Shown here piece after piece: positions 1 to 8,693 of a stretch of DNA of 64,000 nt. Every line of letters begins with the position of its first letter. Within the stretch, counting starts at the first letter, position 1. The notes below the pieces were generated by a model. The model saw only the letters and a list, made by a program, of their open reading frames with translations. It had not been told where the DNA came from and made no database searches. This DNA is from an uncultured Christensenella sp. (lineage in GTDB: Bacteria; Bacillota; Clostridia; Christensenellales; UBA1750). The position numbers and the translations under genes are program-made. The stretch lies in contig CAOKIU010000005.1 in the NCBI GenBank assembly GCA_948468595.1, positions 1,730-65,729 on the forward strand, written 5' to 3'.

Positions 1-247
1 CGCCGATGACGATGCCGCCCGTGGCGGGCAGCCAGCCCAGCACGTTCATCTCCTGCGCGCGGTCAATGGCGGGAATGATCAGCGACCAGATCGTCGCCGC
101 GATCATCACGCCCGCGGCAAAGCCCAGGTACACGCGCTTGGTTCCGCCCGCGGAGGGCTTGCGAAAGAAGAACACAACGGCCGAGCCGATGGCCGTCATC
201 CCAAATGTAAAGCCCGTGGCCAAAGCGGCATATAAAATCGAGTTCAT
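1..247 (-). CDS. zupT: ZIP-family zinc transporter ZupT, N-terminal 82 codons (gene continues past window start)
   Basis: Absent from the ORF track because it runs off the edge. Minus-strand ATG at 247-245 is preceded by GGGAGG. Translation MNSILYAALATGFTFGMTAIGSAVVFFFRKP...LGFAAGVMIAATIWSLIIPA resembles ZupT/GufA N-termini. Confidence 0.8.
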   Translation of the reverse strand, partial: MNSILYAALATGFTFGMTAIGSAVVFFFRKPSAGGTKRVYLGFAAGVMIAATIWSLIIPAIDRAQEMNVLGWLPATGGIVIG

Positions 248-340
248 GTTTCATACCTCCCGTTATCCAGCGTATGCCGCCGCCGGGCCGGGTGTGTGCG
301 CCTTCTTTCAAGGCGCGAGGGTCCAAAATGGAATACGCGC

Positions 341-369
341 TTGCCTGCGCGCGCACGGCGTGCTACAAT
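341..369 (+). promoter_or_regulatory. sigma-70-like promoter TTGCCT-17 nt-TACAAT
   Basis: TTGCCT at 341-346, 17-nt spacer, TACAAT at 364-369, about 40 nt upstream of the 412 start codon. Confidence 0.45.
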
Positions 370-411
370 GGGCGCAATCCCAAGCCCAAGAACACAAAGG
401 AGATGTGCCCC

Positions 412-1482
412 ATGCCTTTTTCCTTACAGCCCGATTATGAGACGGTAAAAAAGCGCTACGACGCCTTTTGGGCGCGCGAGGTCCTGGACCGCCCGCCCGT
501 ATCCATCACCCTGCCGGCCAAGGAGCGGGTGCAGGCGCCGCGCAAGACCTACGCCTCCCAGCGCGCCCGCTGGCTGGACCTGCCCCAGCGCGCGCTGGAG
601 ATGGACGCCGCCATGCGCTCCACGCGCTACCTCTACGACGCCCTGCCCGTCTGCTTCCCCAACCTGGGGCCGGAGGTCTTCTCCGCCTGGTGCGGATGCG
701 AAATGGAGTTCGGCCGGGACACCGCCTGGTCCGTGCCGATGATCGAGGACTGGGACCGGGACGCGGAAAAGGTGCGCCTTGACATGTCCTCGCCCTTGTT
801 CACCGCCTGCGAGGAGTTCACCCGCCTGCTGTTGGAGAAATCGCGGGGGGATTACATCGTGGGCATGACGGACCTTCACCCGGGCGGGGATCACGTGGCC
901 GCCCTGCGCGACCCGCAGAACCTGGCCATGGACCTTATGGACTGCCCGGAGCGCGTGGAGGCCATGCTCTCCCAGGCCGCCGCGGAGTTCTTCGCCGCCT
1001 ACGGCGTGTTCTACCACATGCTCAAAAAGGCGGGCATGCCCATCACCTCCTGGCTGCCGCTCATCAGCGACGGGCGTTACGGCATCCCCTCCAACGACTT
1101 TTCCTGCATGATCAGCGCCGATATGTTCGAGCGGTACTTCCTGCCCGGCATCGTGCAGGAGTGCCGGTTCTACGACAACAGCATCTACCACCTGGACGGC
1201 CCCGGCGCGCTGCGCCACCTGGACGCGCTGCTCTCCATTTCCGAGTTGGACGCGGTGCAGTGGGTGTGCGGCGCGGGCAACGAGGGCTTCGCCCGCTGGG
1301 CGGGCGTCTATCAGAAGATCCAGCGCGCGGGCAAGGGCGTGTATTTGACCTGCCATGTGCGCGAGCTTTCGGAGGTCTTTGCCGCGCTGCGGCCCGAGGG
1401 CGTGTGGTTTGCGGAGATCTCCGGCATCGACGGGGAGGAGACGGCCAGGGCCGTGGTGGACCGCATCACCGCCTGGCGGTAA
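412..1482 (+). CDS. URO-D/MtaA-like TIM-barrel family protein, function unknown
   Basis: Start chosen at ATG 412, 9 nt after AAGGAG; the track ORF starts earlier at 274. Motifs PNLGPEVFSAWCG and HLDGPGALRHLDALL resemble uroporphyrinogen-decarboxylase-like proteins. Confidence 0.65.
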   Translation: MPFSLQPDYETVKKRYDAFWAREVLDRPPVSITLPAKERVQAPRKTYASQRARWLDLPQRALEMDAAMRSTRYLYDALPVCFPNLGPEVFSAWCGCEMEFGRDTAWSVPMIEDWDRDAEKVRLDMSSPLFTACEEFTRLLLEKSRGDYIVGMTDLHPGGDHVAALRDPQNLAMDLMDCPERVEAMLSQAAAEFFAAYGVFYHMLKKAGMPITSWLPLISDGRYGIPSNDFSCMISADMFERYFLPGIVQECRFYDNSIYHLDGPGALRHLDALLSISELDAVQWVCGAGNEGFARWAGVYQKIQRAGKGVYLTCHVRELSEVFAALRPEGVWFAEISGIDGEETARAVVDRITAWR

Positions 1483-1534
1483 ACCGCGCGGACGCGCCGC
1501 GCCGCGCCTGTCCCCGCTGCAAGCCGCAAGGGCA

Positions 1535-2500
1535 TCGCTTTTCCTCGTCCCGATCGCCGCAGCGCTCCGCTCCCCGGCTACATTCTGTCACTTTGGCATT
1601 CCGCCTTTACCAGCGCACCTTAAAGAGAGACGCGATGACCAGCCTTTTTTGCCCGCCCCTCGGCCGCTCGTTGCCGCTTTGGCGCTCCTCCCCGCCGCCA
1701 TGCTGCCCCGGGCCTCTCGCCGCATCATACCGCTCCTCGGCTGCGTTCTGCCACCTTGGCATTCCGCCACTGCTGACGCACCGTAAAAAGAGACGCGCTA
1801 ACCGGCCTTTTTCTCCTCTCTCCGGTTGTGCTCCGCCGCTTGCCATTCCGCTCCTACCGGCACACCGTAAAGGGGGCGCGCTAACCGGCCTTTTTTGCCC
1901 CGCCCCTCGGCCGCTCGTTGTCGCTTTGGCGCTCCTCCCCACTGGCATGCTGCTTGGTTCTCGCCACATTACTCCATTCCCCGGCTACGTTCTGTCACTT
2001 TGGCATTCCACCCCTACCAGCGCACCGTAAAGAGCGACGCGCTAACCGGCCTTTTTCTCCTCTCTCCGGCTGTGCTCCGCCGCTTGCCATTCCGCCCCTA
2101 CCAACGCACCGTAAAGGGGGCGCGCTAACCAGCCTTTTTTCCCCGCCCTCCGGCCGCTCGTTGCCGCTTTGGCGCTCCTCCCCGCCGGCATGCTGCTTGG
2201 TTCTCGCCACATTACTCCATTCCCCGGCTACGTTCTGTCACCTTGGCATTCCGCCCCTACGAGCGCACCGTAAAGAGAGACGCGCTAGCCGGCCTTTTTT
2301 GCCCCGTCCCTCAGCCGCTCGTTGCCCTTTGGCGCTCCTCCCCGCCGGCATGCTGCTTGGTTCTCGCCACATTACTCCATTCCCCGACAACGTTCTGTCA
2401 CCTTGGCGTCTTGTCCCTACCGGCACACCAGAAAAGGGACGCGCTGAACGACCTTTTTCGCCCCGCTCCCCGGCTGCGCTTCGGCACAAGCTTCCCGCCG
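1535..2500. repeat. GC-rich higher-order tandem repeat array 1 (about 81-83-bp base unit, 243-244-bp higher-order unit)
   Basis: Anchor tggcattcc at 1594, 1757, 2001, 2244 (degenerate at 2404); anchor tgccattcc at 1841 and 2085. Three diverged unit types are arranged A-C / A-B-C / A-B-C / A-C / A. Several frames are open with no SD sites. Confidence 0.85.
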
Positions 2501-2578
2501 GTGCATCGCAGAAGGCCGCGCACAGCCCCTTGGAAGCGCCTTGCTCCCACCGGCGCATGGGCGCGCCGCAAAAAGGAG

Positions 2579-2659
2579 CTGCGCTGGCTAAAGCCCAGCG
2601 CAGCCCTCCCCGCATCAGATTCTAAACTCAAAAGCGCCCCGGCCGCAGGACCGGGGCGC
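2579..2659 (-). terminator. two tandem rho-independent-type hairpins downstream of the DUF3021 gene
   Basis: Stem GCGCCCCGG/CCGGGGCGC at 2634-2659 and stem GCTGCGCTGG/CCAGCGCAGC at 2579-2605. Each is followed by a T-run on the minus strand; the first also has a T-run on the plus strand. Confidence 0.7.
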
Positions 2660-2665
2660 TGGTTT

Positions 2666-3058
2666 TTACTTCACCTGGAGCTTTTCGTTGATCTTCCTGG
2701 CGTTGGCGCGCGTGCCAAAGTAACTGCAAGTGTAAATGATGGCGTAGACGATCAGGAACGTGGGCAGGATGCCCTTGGCCAGCCCCCAAAAGCTCTCGGA
2801 GTACCGCAGGAAGGCGCCCGCGCCGATGGTTACGGAGGCGCACAGCACGAAATGGATGATCGTAGCGGTCAGGAAATTGAGGCGCTCCGTCTCAAAAATC
2901 AGCGAGATCAGCCCGTAAGCCGCGGAAGCGCAAAGCCACACCAGCACTTGCAGCAGCGTCCCATCCATGCCTTGCAGGAGAATCAGCAGCAGCGTGGAGA
3001 CCACCGCGCCGATGCTCAGCCCTTTTTGCAGATAGCCAAATGCCTTTTTCATCTTCAC
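2666..3058 (-). CDS. DUF3021-type small membrane protein
   Basis: 130-aa hydrophobic ORF. It overlaps the upstream LytTR gene by 4 nt (ATGA), the usual LytTR-DUF3021 pairing in Firmicutes. Confidence 0.75.
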   Translation of the reverse strand: MKMKKAFGYLQKGLSIGAVVSTLLLILLQGMDGTLLQVLVWLCASAAYGLISLIFETERLNFLTATIIHFVLCASVTIGAGAFLRYSESFWGLAKGILPTFLIVYAIIYTCSYFGTRANARKINEKLQVK

Positions 3059-3513
3059 TTTCCCTCCATAATGTAGGTCCGAAACGCCTTCATATAGCTT
3101 CTGGAAATCACCAGCCGGGTGCGGCCGTCCCGCATTTGCGCCACATAGTTGCCGCTGAACTCCGCCTCCACCGCCTGGACCGCGTTGACGTTGACCACCA
3201 CGCCCTTGCTGATCTGCACGAACCCCTTGCCGTGCAGCGCGTCCTTGAGCTCGTAGAGGCGCTGGCGGCTTTCATACGTCTCTCCGCCCGCGTATACGGC
3301 CACCTTGCCGTCCTGCGCGGCGAGATAATCCACGCGCTCCGGGTCCAGCAGGTACTCCCGGCTCTGCCCCGGCTTGCCCAGCAGCAGCTTGCTAGAGGCG
3401 CCGTCCAGCGCCTGGAGCGCCGCCAGGATGCGCGTCACCTCCGGGTCCTCCGGCCGGCCCCGCACGCATACCTGGACCTCGCGCTCTCCGGTCTGTTCAA
3501 AGGTGATCTTCAT
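3055..3513 (-). CDS. LytTR-domain DNA-binding protein (no receiver domain)
   Basis: 152-aa ORF. The C-terminal half (FVQISKGVVVNVNAVQAVEAEFSGNY...LVISRSY) matches the LytTR fold pattern. Confidence 0.75.
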   Translation of the reverse strand: MKITFEQTGEREVQVCVRGRPEDPEVTRILAALQALDGASSKLLLGKPGQSREYLLDPERVDYLAAQDGKVAVYAGGETYESRQRLYELKDALHGKGFVQISKGVVVNVNAVQAVEAEFSGNYVAQMRDGRTRLVISRSYMKAFRTYIMEGK

Positions 3514-3641
3514 CCCGTTCCCCCTCTCCTCTCTGTGACGGTTTCAGTATACAGCGCCCGCGCCGCGTTGTCGCGCGAAAAACGGCAACCGGGCGCAAAT
3601 CGCCCGCAACCCGCGCAAATCCGCGCATGAAAAGCGCGGAC

Positions 3642-3669
3642 AAAAAAAGAAAGGGCGACGCCCTTTCTC
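3642..3669 (-). terminator. rho-independent terminator after the HD gene
   Basis: Minus strand reads GAAAGGGCG-TCG-CCCTTTC followed by TTTTTTTG. Confidence 0.75.
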
Positions 3670-3695
3670 CCCATGGTTCCCGGCATGCGCCGCCC

Positions 3696-4175
3696 TCACT
3701 CCCCCAGCGCGGCGAGCGATTTGCAGCAGTTGAGATGCCAATAAAGCCCCGTGACCTCCGCCACGGCGCAGATCTTGTCCGCGAGATTGACGATGAACTC
3801 CTCCCTGCGGGTGGGGAAGGCAAAGAAGGTCACAGGCCACATGTGCTTGCGGATGATGCCCGCCTCCAAAGCCGTCAGGTGGAAGCTCTGCGCGTTGCGC
3901 ACCGCCATTTCCGGGTGAACAAGCAGGTGCCGGTACAGCGACCGCTCCTTCTTCCAATCGCACAAATAGAGGTCGTGCAGCAGGCCGCCCTTGGCGATGG
4001 CGCGCGCGTCCCCGCCCAGGAACCGGGACAGCCGGTACCCCACGTAGGAGACGAACAGGCAGTGGTTCAGGCAGGAGATCCGCTCGGTGTGGTGGGCGAT
4101 GCGCCCCATGGCGCGCACCTTCGGATCTCTCCTCAAATCGCCGGTCATCTGCAAAAACTTCTGTATCTGATTCAA
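3696..4175 (-). CDS. HD-domain metal-dependent phosphohydrolase
   Basis: Motifs HHTERISCLNHCLFVSY, GGLLHDLYLCDW and IIRKHMWP. Start set at TTG 4175, 7 nt after GGAGG, because the ATG at 4223 overlaps the -10 box. Confidence 0.8.
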   Translation of the reverse strand: MNQIQKFLQMTGDLRRDPKVRAMGRIAHHTERISCLNHCLFVSYVGYRLSRFLGGDARAIAKGGLLHDLYLCDWKKERSLYRHLLVHPEMAVRNAQSFHLTALEAGIIRKHMWPVTFFAFPTRREEFIVNLADKICAVAEVTGLYWHLNCCKSLAALGE

Positions 4176-4221
4176 TGCAAAGCCTCCATCCGCCGCGGTG
4201 GCGTGTTCTATCCTTGGCCCC

Positions 4222-4251
4222 ATTATACCACCGCGAGCGCGCGCAATCCAA
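4222..4251 (-). promoter_or_regulatory. sigma-70-like promoter TTGGAT-18 nt-TATAAT for the HD gene
   Basis: Minus-strand TTGGAT at 4251-4246 and TATAAT at 4227-4222. Confidence 0.5.
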
Positions 4252-4282
4252 GAGGAATGATTTGGCTTTCCCATTCTGATCT

Positions 4283-5010
4283 GCGAATTACCCGTTGCCA
4301 ATGAACGCTCAGACCATAGTCTCCGCAAGCGCCTGGGCCCCTGACATGGGCGCAGGCTTGCCGCACACCCATATCCGATCCGCCCTGCGCCCCCGGTCCG
4401 TCTTTAGCAGGGCGCGCTCCAGCCCAACGCAATTGCCTGTTGCCAATGAACGCTCAGACCATAGTTTCCGTAAGCGCCCGGATCTCCGGCATGGGCGCGG
4501 CCTTGCCCGGCGCCCGCATCCGATCCGCCCTGCGCCCCCGGTCCGTCTTTAGCAGGGCGCGCACCAACCCAACGCAATTGCCCGTTGCCAATGAACGCTC
4601 AGACCATAATTTCCGCAAGCGCCCGAATCTCCGGCACGGGCGCGGCCTTGCCCAGCGCCCCCAATTTGCCTTTTACAGGGCGCGCAACAGCCCAACGCAA
4701 TTGCCCGTTGCTAATGAACGCTCGGACCATAGTTTCCGCAAGCGCCTGGGCCTACGGCACGGGCGCGGCCTTGCCCGGCGTCCGCATCCGATCCGCCCTG
4801 CGCCCCACTCCGCCTTTTGCAGGGCGCGCTCCAGCCCAACGCAATCGCCCGTTGCCAATGAGCGTTCTGACCATAGTCTCCGCAAGCGCCCGGACCTACG
4901 GCACGGGCGCGGCCTTGCCGTCACCCACATCAGGCCGCCTCTCTCCTGAGCCGCCTCAGGCCGGGCGCGCGCCCCAAGAGAAATGATGGATCTGCGCACA
5001 CAATCAATAC
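4283..5010. repeat. tandem array 2: five decaying copies (about 145 bp) of the 3' end of the adjacent uridine-kinase-like CDS
   Basis: Anchor cccgttgcc (or 1-nt variants) at 4291, 4436, 4581, 4704 and 4848, and inside the CDS at 5019. Periods are 145, 145, 123, 144 and 171 bp. Confidence 0.9.
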
Positions 5011-5927
5011 GCGAACTGCCCGTTGCCGATAAACTCCCGGATCATGGCGTCCGCGGGCACCTGGGCCTCCGGCATGGGCGCGGCCTTGCCCAGCACCCGC
5101 ATCAGGTCGGCCATGCGCTCCTGGTCGGCCTCGGGCAGAGCGGCGAGGTCATCCATCAGCAAGGGCTTGTAGACGTTGACCTCATAGTCGAAAAAGGTAT
5201 CGATCTCGTGCGTGGCGCGGTGCTTGTGGGGCAGGATGTACTTCTGCTCCCCGCGCTCGACGCTGGCAAAGAGGCGCATCGTCTCCGCCACGCTGCGCCC
5301 GCGGTAGAGCCGGTCGCGCACCATGCGGCGCATGAGGCGGATCCTGGAGGGATGCAGCACGGTATCCCCATCGGTCAGGCGCGTGCGCACGCTCACGTAA
5401 AGGCGCGCCGTTCGCTCCTGGGGGATGGTCACCACGTCGTGGTTGAGCGCATGTATGCCCTCCACAATCACCAGCTCCCCCGGCTTGCGCTGGAGCGTCA
5501 GCCCGGGATACACCCGTGCGGAGCGCGAAAAATCGTACTTGGGCAGGGACACCGCGCGCCCGGCAATCATCGCCTCCAGCTGTGCGTTGAGCAAGCCCAC
5601 GTCCACCCGCGCGGGCGACTCCAGATCGATGAGCCCCTGCGCGGCCATGCGCTGCTCCTGGGGGGTGAAGGGGAAGAAGTAGTTGTCCATCGAGAGCGTG
5701 TGCGTCTCGCACCCCCACGCATCCAGCATTTGCTCCAGCTTTAGCGCGCTGGTGGTCTTGCCGCTGCCCGACGGCCCGGAGATCAGGATCACCGGATGCT
5801 CCTCCCGATGCGCGTAGAGCTCCTTGGCCACGCTGGTGATGCGCTCTTGGTACGCCGCGCCGGCGGCGCATGCAAAGGCCGCCGGATCGCGCGCAAGCTC
5901 GCTGTTGACCTTCATAATATTGACCAT
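5004..5927 (-). CDS. uridine/nucleoside kinase family P-loop protein
   Basis: P-loop ISGPSGSGKTT, LSMDNYFF, and LPKYDF...VIVEGIHALN, which is Udk-like. Confidence 0.8.
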   Translation of the reverse strand: MVNIMKVNSELARDPAAFACAAGAAYQERITSVAKELYAHREEHPVILISGPSGSGKTTSALKLEQMLDAWGCETHTLSMDNYFFPFTPQEQRMAAQGLIDLESPARVDVGLLNAQLEAMIAGRAVSLPKYDFSRSARVYPGLTLQRKPGELVIVEGIHALNHDVVTIPQERTARLYVSVRTRLTDGDTVLHPSRIRLMRRMVRDRLYRGRSVAETMRLFASVERGEQKYILPHKHRATHEIDTFFDYEVNVYKPLLMDDLAALPEADQERMADLMRVLGKAAPMPEAQVPADAMIREFIGNGQFAY

Positions 5928-6094
5928 TTTCGCTCACCCGCCTTCCGAACATCTCCATTCTATTCCCACATGCGCCCCGCCGTCACACTAAAATTCCCCG
6001 GCGGACCTGTTTTTATGTCTCCCCCTTCTGATAAAGAAAAAACCTCCCCCAGCGCCGATGCCAAGACCAGTCAAAATCGCGTGCCGCACGGCTT

Positions 6095-7018
6095 CTACCC
6101 CTCCCCCTCCCGATAGAGGGCGAGCACCTCCCCGGCGCACTGCGCCAGCCGCTCCTTGACCGCTTCCGGCTCCAGCACCCTTACGCCGGCCCCAAAGCCC
6201 ATCAGGATCGAGAACCACATGCGCTCCATCGGCGCGCAGAAGCGGAGAATCGCGTCCCCGTTCTCCAGCTCCTCAACCAAGCTGCAATGCAGGTACTCCA
6301 TCGCCTGCTGCCGCGCCTCCTTTTTGCACAGCAACTTGACCTGAAGGACCGGCCGCGCGTCCGAGCGGGCGAGGCCGTCCAAAACCTCCTTGGCGCTCGC
6401 GTGCTCCCGGGTAAACGCGCCGGCCACGGGCCTTAGCGAGGTCACCCGCGGGAGCTTAAAGAGCCGGTAATCCCCCTTGAGTCTACAGTATGCCGCCAGG
6501 TACCACGCATACCACTGATAGGTCAGGGCCACCGGCTCCACCACGCGCAGGGTTTGCGCGCCCCGCGCGTCGGCATAGCCCATTTCCAGCGGCCGCTTTT
6601 CCGCAATCGCCCGCTCCATGGTGCGCAGGTACTCGTCCGTCTTGTCGCCCTCCCGCGCCGCGCCCAGATTGAGGAAGATCCGCTGGCCGCCGTCGCCCAC
6701 GGCAGAGAGCGTCTTTTCCAGCGTCTCCTTGATGCCGCGGCTGCCAACGGCGGTATCCAGCCCCTTTAGCGCGGCGATTACGTTGCGCCAATCCTCCGCG
6801 CTAGCGATCTGCTTGAGCACCTTGAACCCATCCTGGATGCAGTATCCGCCCCCGGCGCCGTAGAGGGAGACAACGGGGATGCCCGCCAGGCTCAGCGCCT
6901 CCATGTCGCGCACAATGGTGCGCTTGGAGACCTCAAAGCGCTCCGCCAGCTTTTGCGCGCTCACCGTTTCATGGCACAGCAGGTATACCGTCAGCGCGAT
7001 GAGCCGGTCCGTCTTCAT
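6095..7018 (-). CDS. YafY-type HTH plus WYL-domain transcriptional regulator
   Basis: Start at MKTDRLIALTVYLL... (ATG 7018), inside the longer track ORF. N-terminal HTH, then WYL-like YQWYAWYLAAYCRLKGDYRLFKL. Confidence 0.8.
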   Translation of the reverse strand: MKTDRLIALTVYLLCHETVSAQKLAERFEVSKRTIVRDMEALSLAGIPVVSLYGAGGGYCIQDGFKVLKQIASAEDWRNVIAALKGLDTAVGSRGIKETLEKTLSAVGDGGQRIFLNLGAAREGDKTDEYLRTMERAIAEKRPLEMGYADARGAQTLRVVEPVALTYQWYAWYLAAYCRLKGDYRLFKLPRVTSLRPVAGAFTREHASAKEVLDGLARSDARPVLQVKLLCKKEARQQAMEYLHCSLVEELENGDAILRFCAPMERMWFSILMGFGAGVRVLEPEAVKERLAQCAGEVLALYREGEG

Positions 7019-7065
7019 GTTTTTCCTCGCTTTCCTCTGCCCGGCCCGCGGGCGGCCGATGCGTC

Positions 7066-7797
7066 TTAAACGTGTATCTCCTTTAAGAAGAATTGGTTCA
7101 GCCGGTCGATGGTTTCCTCGCAGTAGAGACGCCCAATCGGGATCTCCGTGCCGTCCAGGAGCGTAACGACCGCCTTGGTGAATTTGCGCACGGCCGCCAG
7201 GCTGATGATGTATCCACGGTGACAGCGGACGAAGATCTCCTTGGGAAAGGACTCCGCAAACGCGGTAAAGCTGCCCGCAACATACATGGTGTGCGTTTTT
7301 CCATTGGTCGTGTGGATGGTGGCGGCGTGAATTCCGGAGACGATATAGAGCACGTCCCGATAGGGCATGCGGATGGTATAGCCCTTGCGCATGATCAAAA
7401 AACCCTCGTCCACCCGCAGGGACGTACACCGGTAACAGTAATCCAGGCAAGCGCCGATCTGCGCGGTGACGATGGGCTTTTTGATGTAGCGATAGGCCGA
7501 AACCTCGTATCCGCTGAGGATATAGCGGTCGCTGTTGGTCACAAAGATGATGGGGATGTTCTCATCGGTCTGGCGGATCTTCTGCGCCAGAGTAAACCCC
7601 GACATGAACTTAAACTCAATGTCCAGAAACAGGGCGTCAAAGACCCTCCCCTTCTCCCAAGCATCCCACAGATCCTCGGCCAAGGGATAGACCTCGACCG
7701 TGACATCCTGGTGATGTTGATTGTGACTCCAAACGTTGATTGCATGGAGCATACCGTCGACATATACTTGTTCATCCTCGCATACGGCAATATGCAT
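7066..7797 (-). CDS. LytTR-family response regulator (receiver plus LytTR)
   Basis: Start MHIAVCEDE follows AGGAGG. Receiver Asp in FLDIEF, Lys in YIKKP, and a C-terminal LytTR domain. Confidence 0.85.
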   Translation of the reverse strand: MHIAVCEDEQVYVDGMLHAINVWSHNQHHQDVTVEVYPLAEDLWDAWEKGRVFDALFLDIEFKFMSGFTLAQKIRQTDENIPIIFVTNSDRYILSGYEVSAYRYIKKPIVTAQIGACLDYCYRCTSLRVDEGFLIMRKGYTIRMPYRDVLYIVSGIHAATIHTTNGKTHTMYVAGSFTAFAESFPKEIFVRCHRGYIISLAAVRKFTKAVVTLLDGTEIPIGRLYCEETIDRLNQFFLKEIHV

Positions 7798-7819
7798 CTG
7801 CGATCCCTCCTGTGATCGG

Positions 7820-8110
7820 TCACGTGCGGTGCTTGATATTGATGATGTGCTGAATGACCGAGCTGAGCAGCGCAACATCCGCCTCGTCCAGCTCCTCGTG
7901 ATACAGCGTGTGCCTCTCCGATTGGCCGAGCAGGTAATCGGTGGTGACGTTGAACGCGGAGGCAAGCCCCTTGATGTTCTCAATCCTCGGCTCCGAGCTC
8001 TCCGCTTCCCAGTTTTTCACCGTGGCGATGCTCACGCTCAGCTTCTTGGCCAGTTCCCTTTGGGAAAGCCCGTGCTGGTTCCGCAACCTCGCAATCATTT
8101 TTCCTACCAT
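7820..8110 (-). CDS. XRE-family helix-turn-helix regulator
   Basis: Start MVGKMIARLRNQHGLSQRELAKKLSVSIATVKNWE follows GGAGGTG. Confidence 0.8.
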   Translation of the reverse strand: MVGKMIARLRNQHGLSQRELAKKLSVSIATVKNWEAESSEPRIENIKGLASAFNVTTDYLLGQSERHTLYHEELDEADVALLSSVIQHIINIKHRT

Positions 8111-8362
8111 GAGTATACACCTCCAACACAACAAATGATACCTGAGAAGGAACAAAATATAATTGACCCAACGGGTGTAATACTATACCGTATTCCCATC
8201 AAAAATCGTCGTATCTGTTGTTTCCAAAGTCGTTTTCTCGTATACTCTTGGTGTGCAAGATATACTATTTGTTTTGTCCCCTGCAAAATGTTGAAAATGC
8301 GCTCATACCGCCAGTAGCCGGGCGCGGGCCCTGGCGCGCGCGGCGCATGCATACCCTGTGCA

Positions 8363-8410
8363 TAAAAAAACAACGGCGTCCCCACAGCCGTTGCGCTGTG
8401 GGGACGCCGT
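8363..8410 (-). terminator. strong rho-independent terminator ending the long redox operon
   Basis: 16-bp stem ACGGCGTCCCCACAGC/GCTGTGGGGACGCCGT followed by TGTTTTTTTA on the minus strand. Confidence 0.85.
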
Positions 8411-8431
8411 GAATGAACCGAAAAGGGGATT

Positions 8432-8680
8432 TTAAGCGGCGTTGATCTTGGCCAGGACTTCCTTTTCAAAGAAGTCCTTGGTGTTGTCGGAATTGAGGGA
8501 GAAGAGCTGGTCGCCAATGGTGACGCAGACGCCCTTTTGGCAGTTACCGGTGCAGAAGCTGCCGGCCAGCGTGACCTGATCCTCCAAATGGTGGAGCTTA
8601 ATGAGGGACTTTAAGCCCTCCAGAACAAAGTGAGAGCCCTTGACATGGCAGGCGCTGCCCAGGCAAACGGTGATCGTCAT
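8432..8680 (-). CDS. thioredoxin-like [2Fe-2S] ferredoxin (NuoE-like fold)
   Basis: Start MTITVCLGSACHVKGS follows AAGGAGGAG. Four Cys in the C..C....C...C pattern. Confidence 0.7.
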   Translation of the reverse strand: MTITVCLGSACHVKGSHFVLEGLKSLIKLHHLEDQVTLAGSFCTGNCQKGVCVTIGDQLFSLNSDNTKDFFEKEVLAKINAA

Positions 8681-8693
8681 GAAAAACTCCTCC

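Noticed and set aside
6-440. The 144-aa plus-strand ORF at the window start, and ORF 63..356 on the minus strand.
   Set aside because: Both overlap the real zupT frame, whose clear ZIP-family N-terminus and SD are in a different minus-strand frame. They are shadow ORFs.
1918-2625. ORFs of 100-340 aa inside the three repeat arrays. Examples: 1161..2030, 1918..2625, 4440..4949, 22509..23225, 23300..24145.
   Set aside because: Several overlapping frames on both strands are open at the same time. The translations are just the repeat read in different phases (Pro/Arg/Ala-rich), with no SD sites or start context.
4283-5155. Diversity-generating retroelement (template/variable repeat) as an explanation for copies of a CDS 3' end.
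   Set aside because: No reverse transcriptase or accessory gene is nearby. There are five tandem copies rather than one template repeat. Mismatches are not confined to adenine positions; only about 12 of 29 hand-counted differences involve A in the copy.
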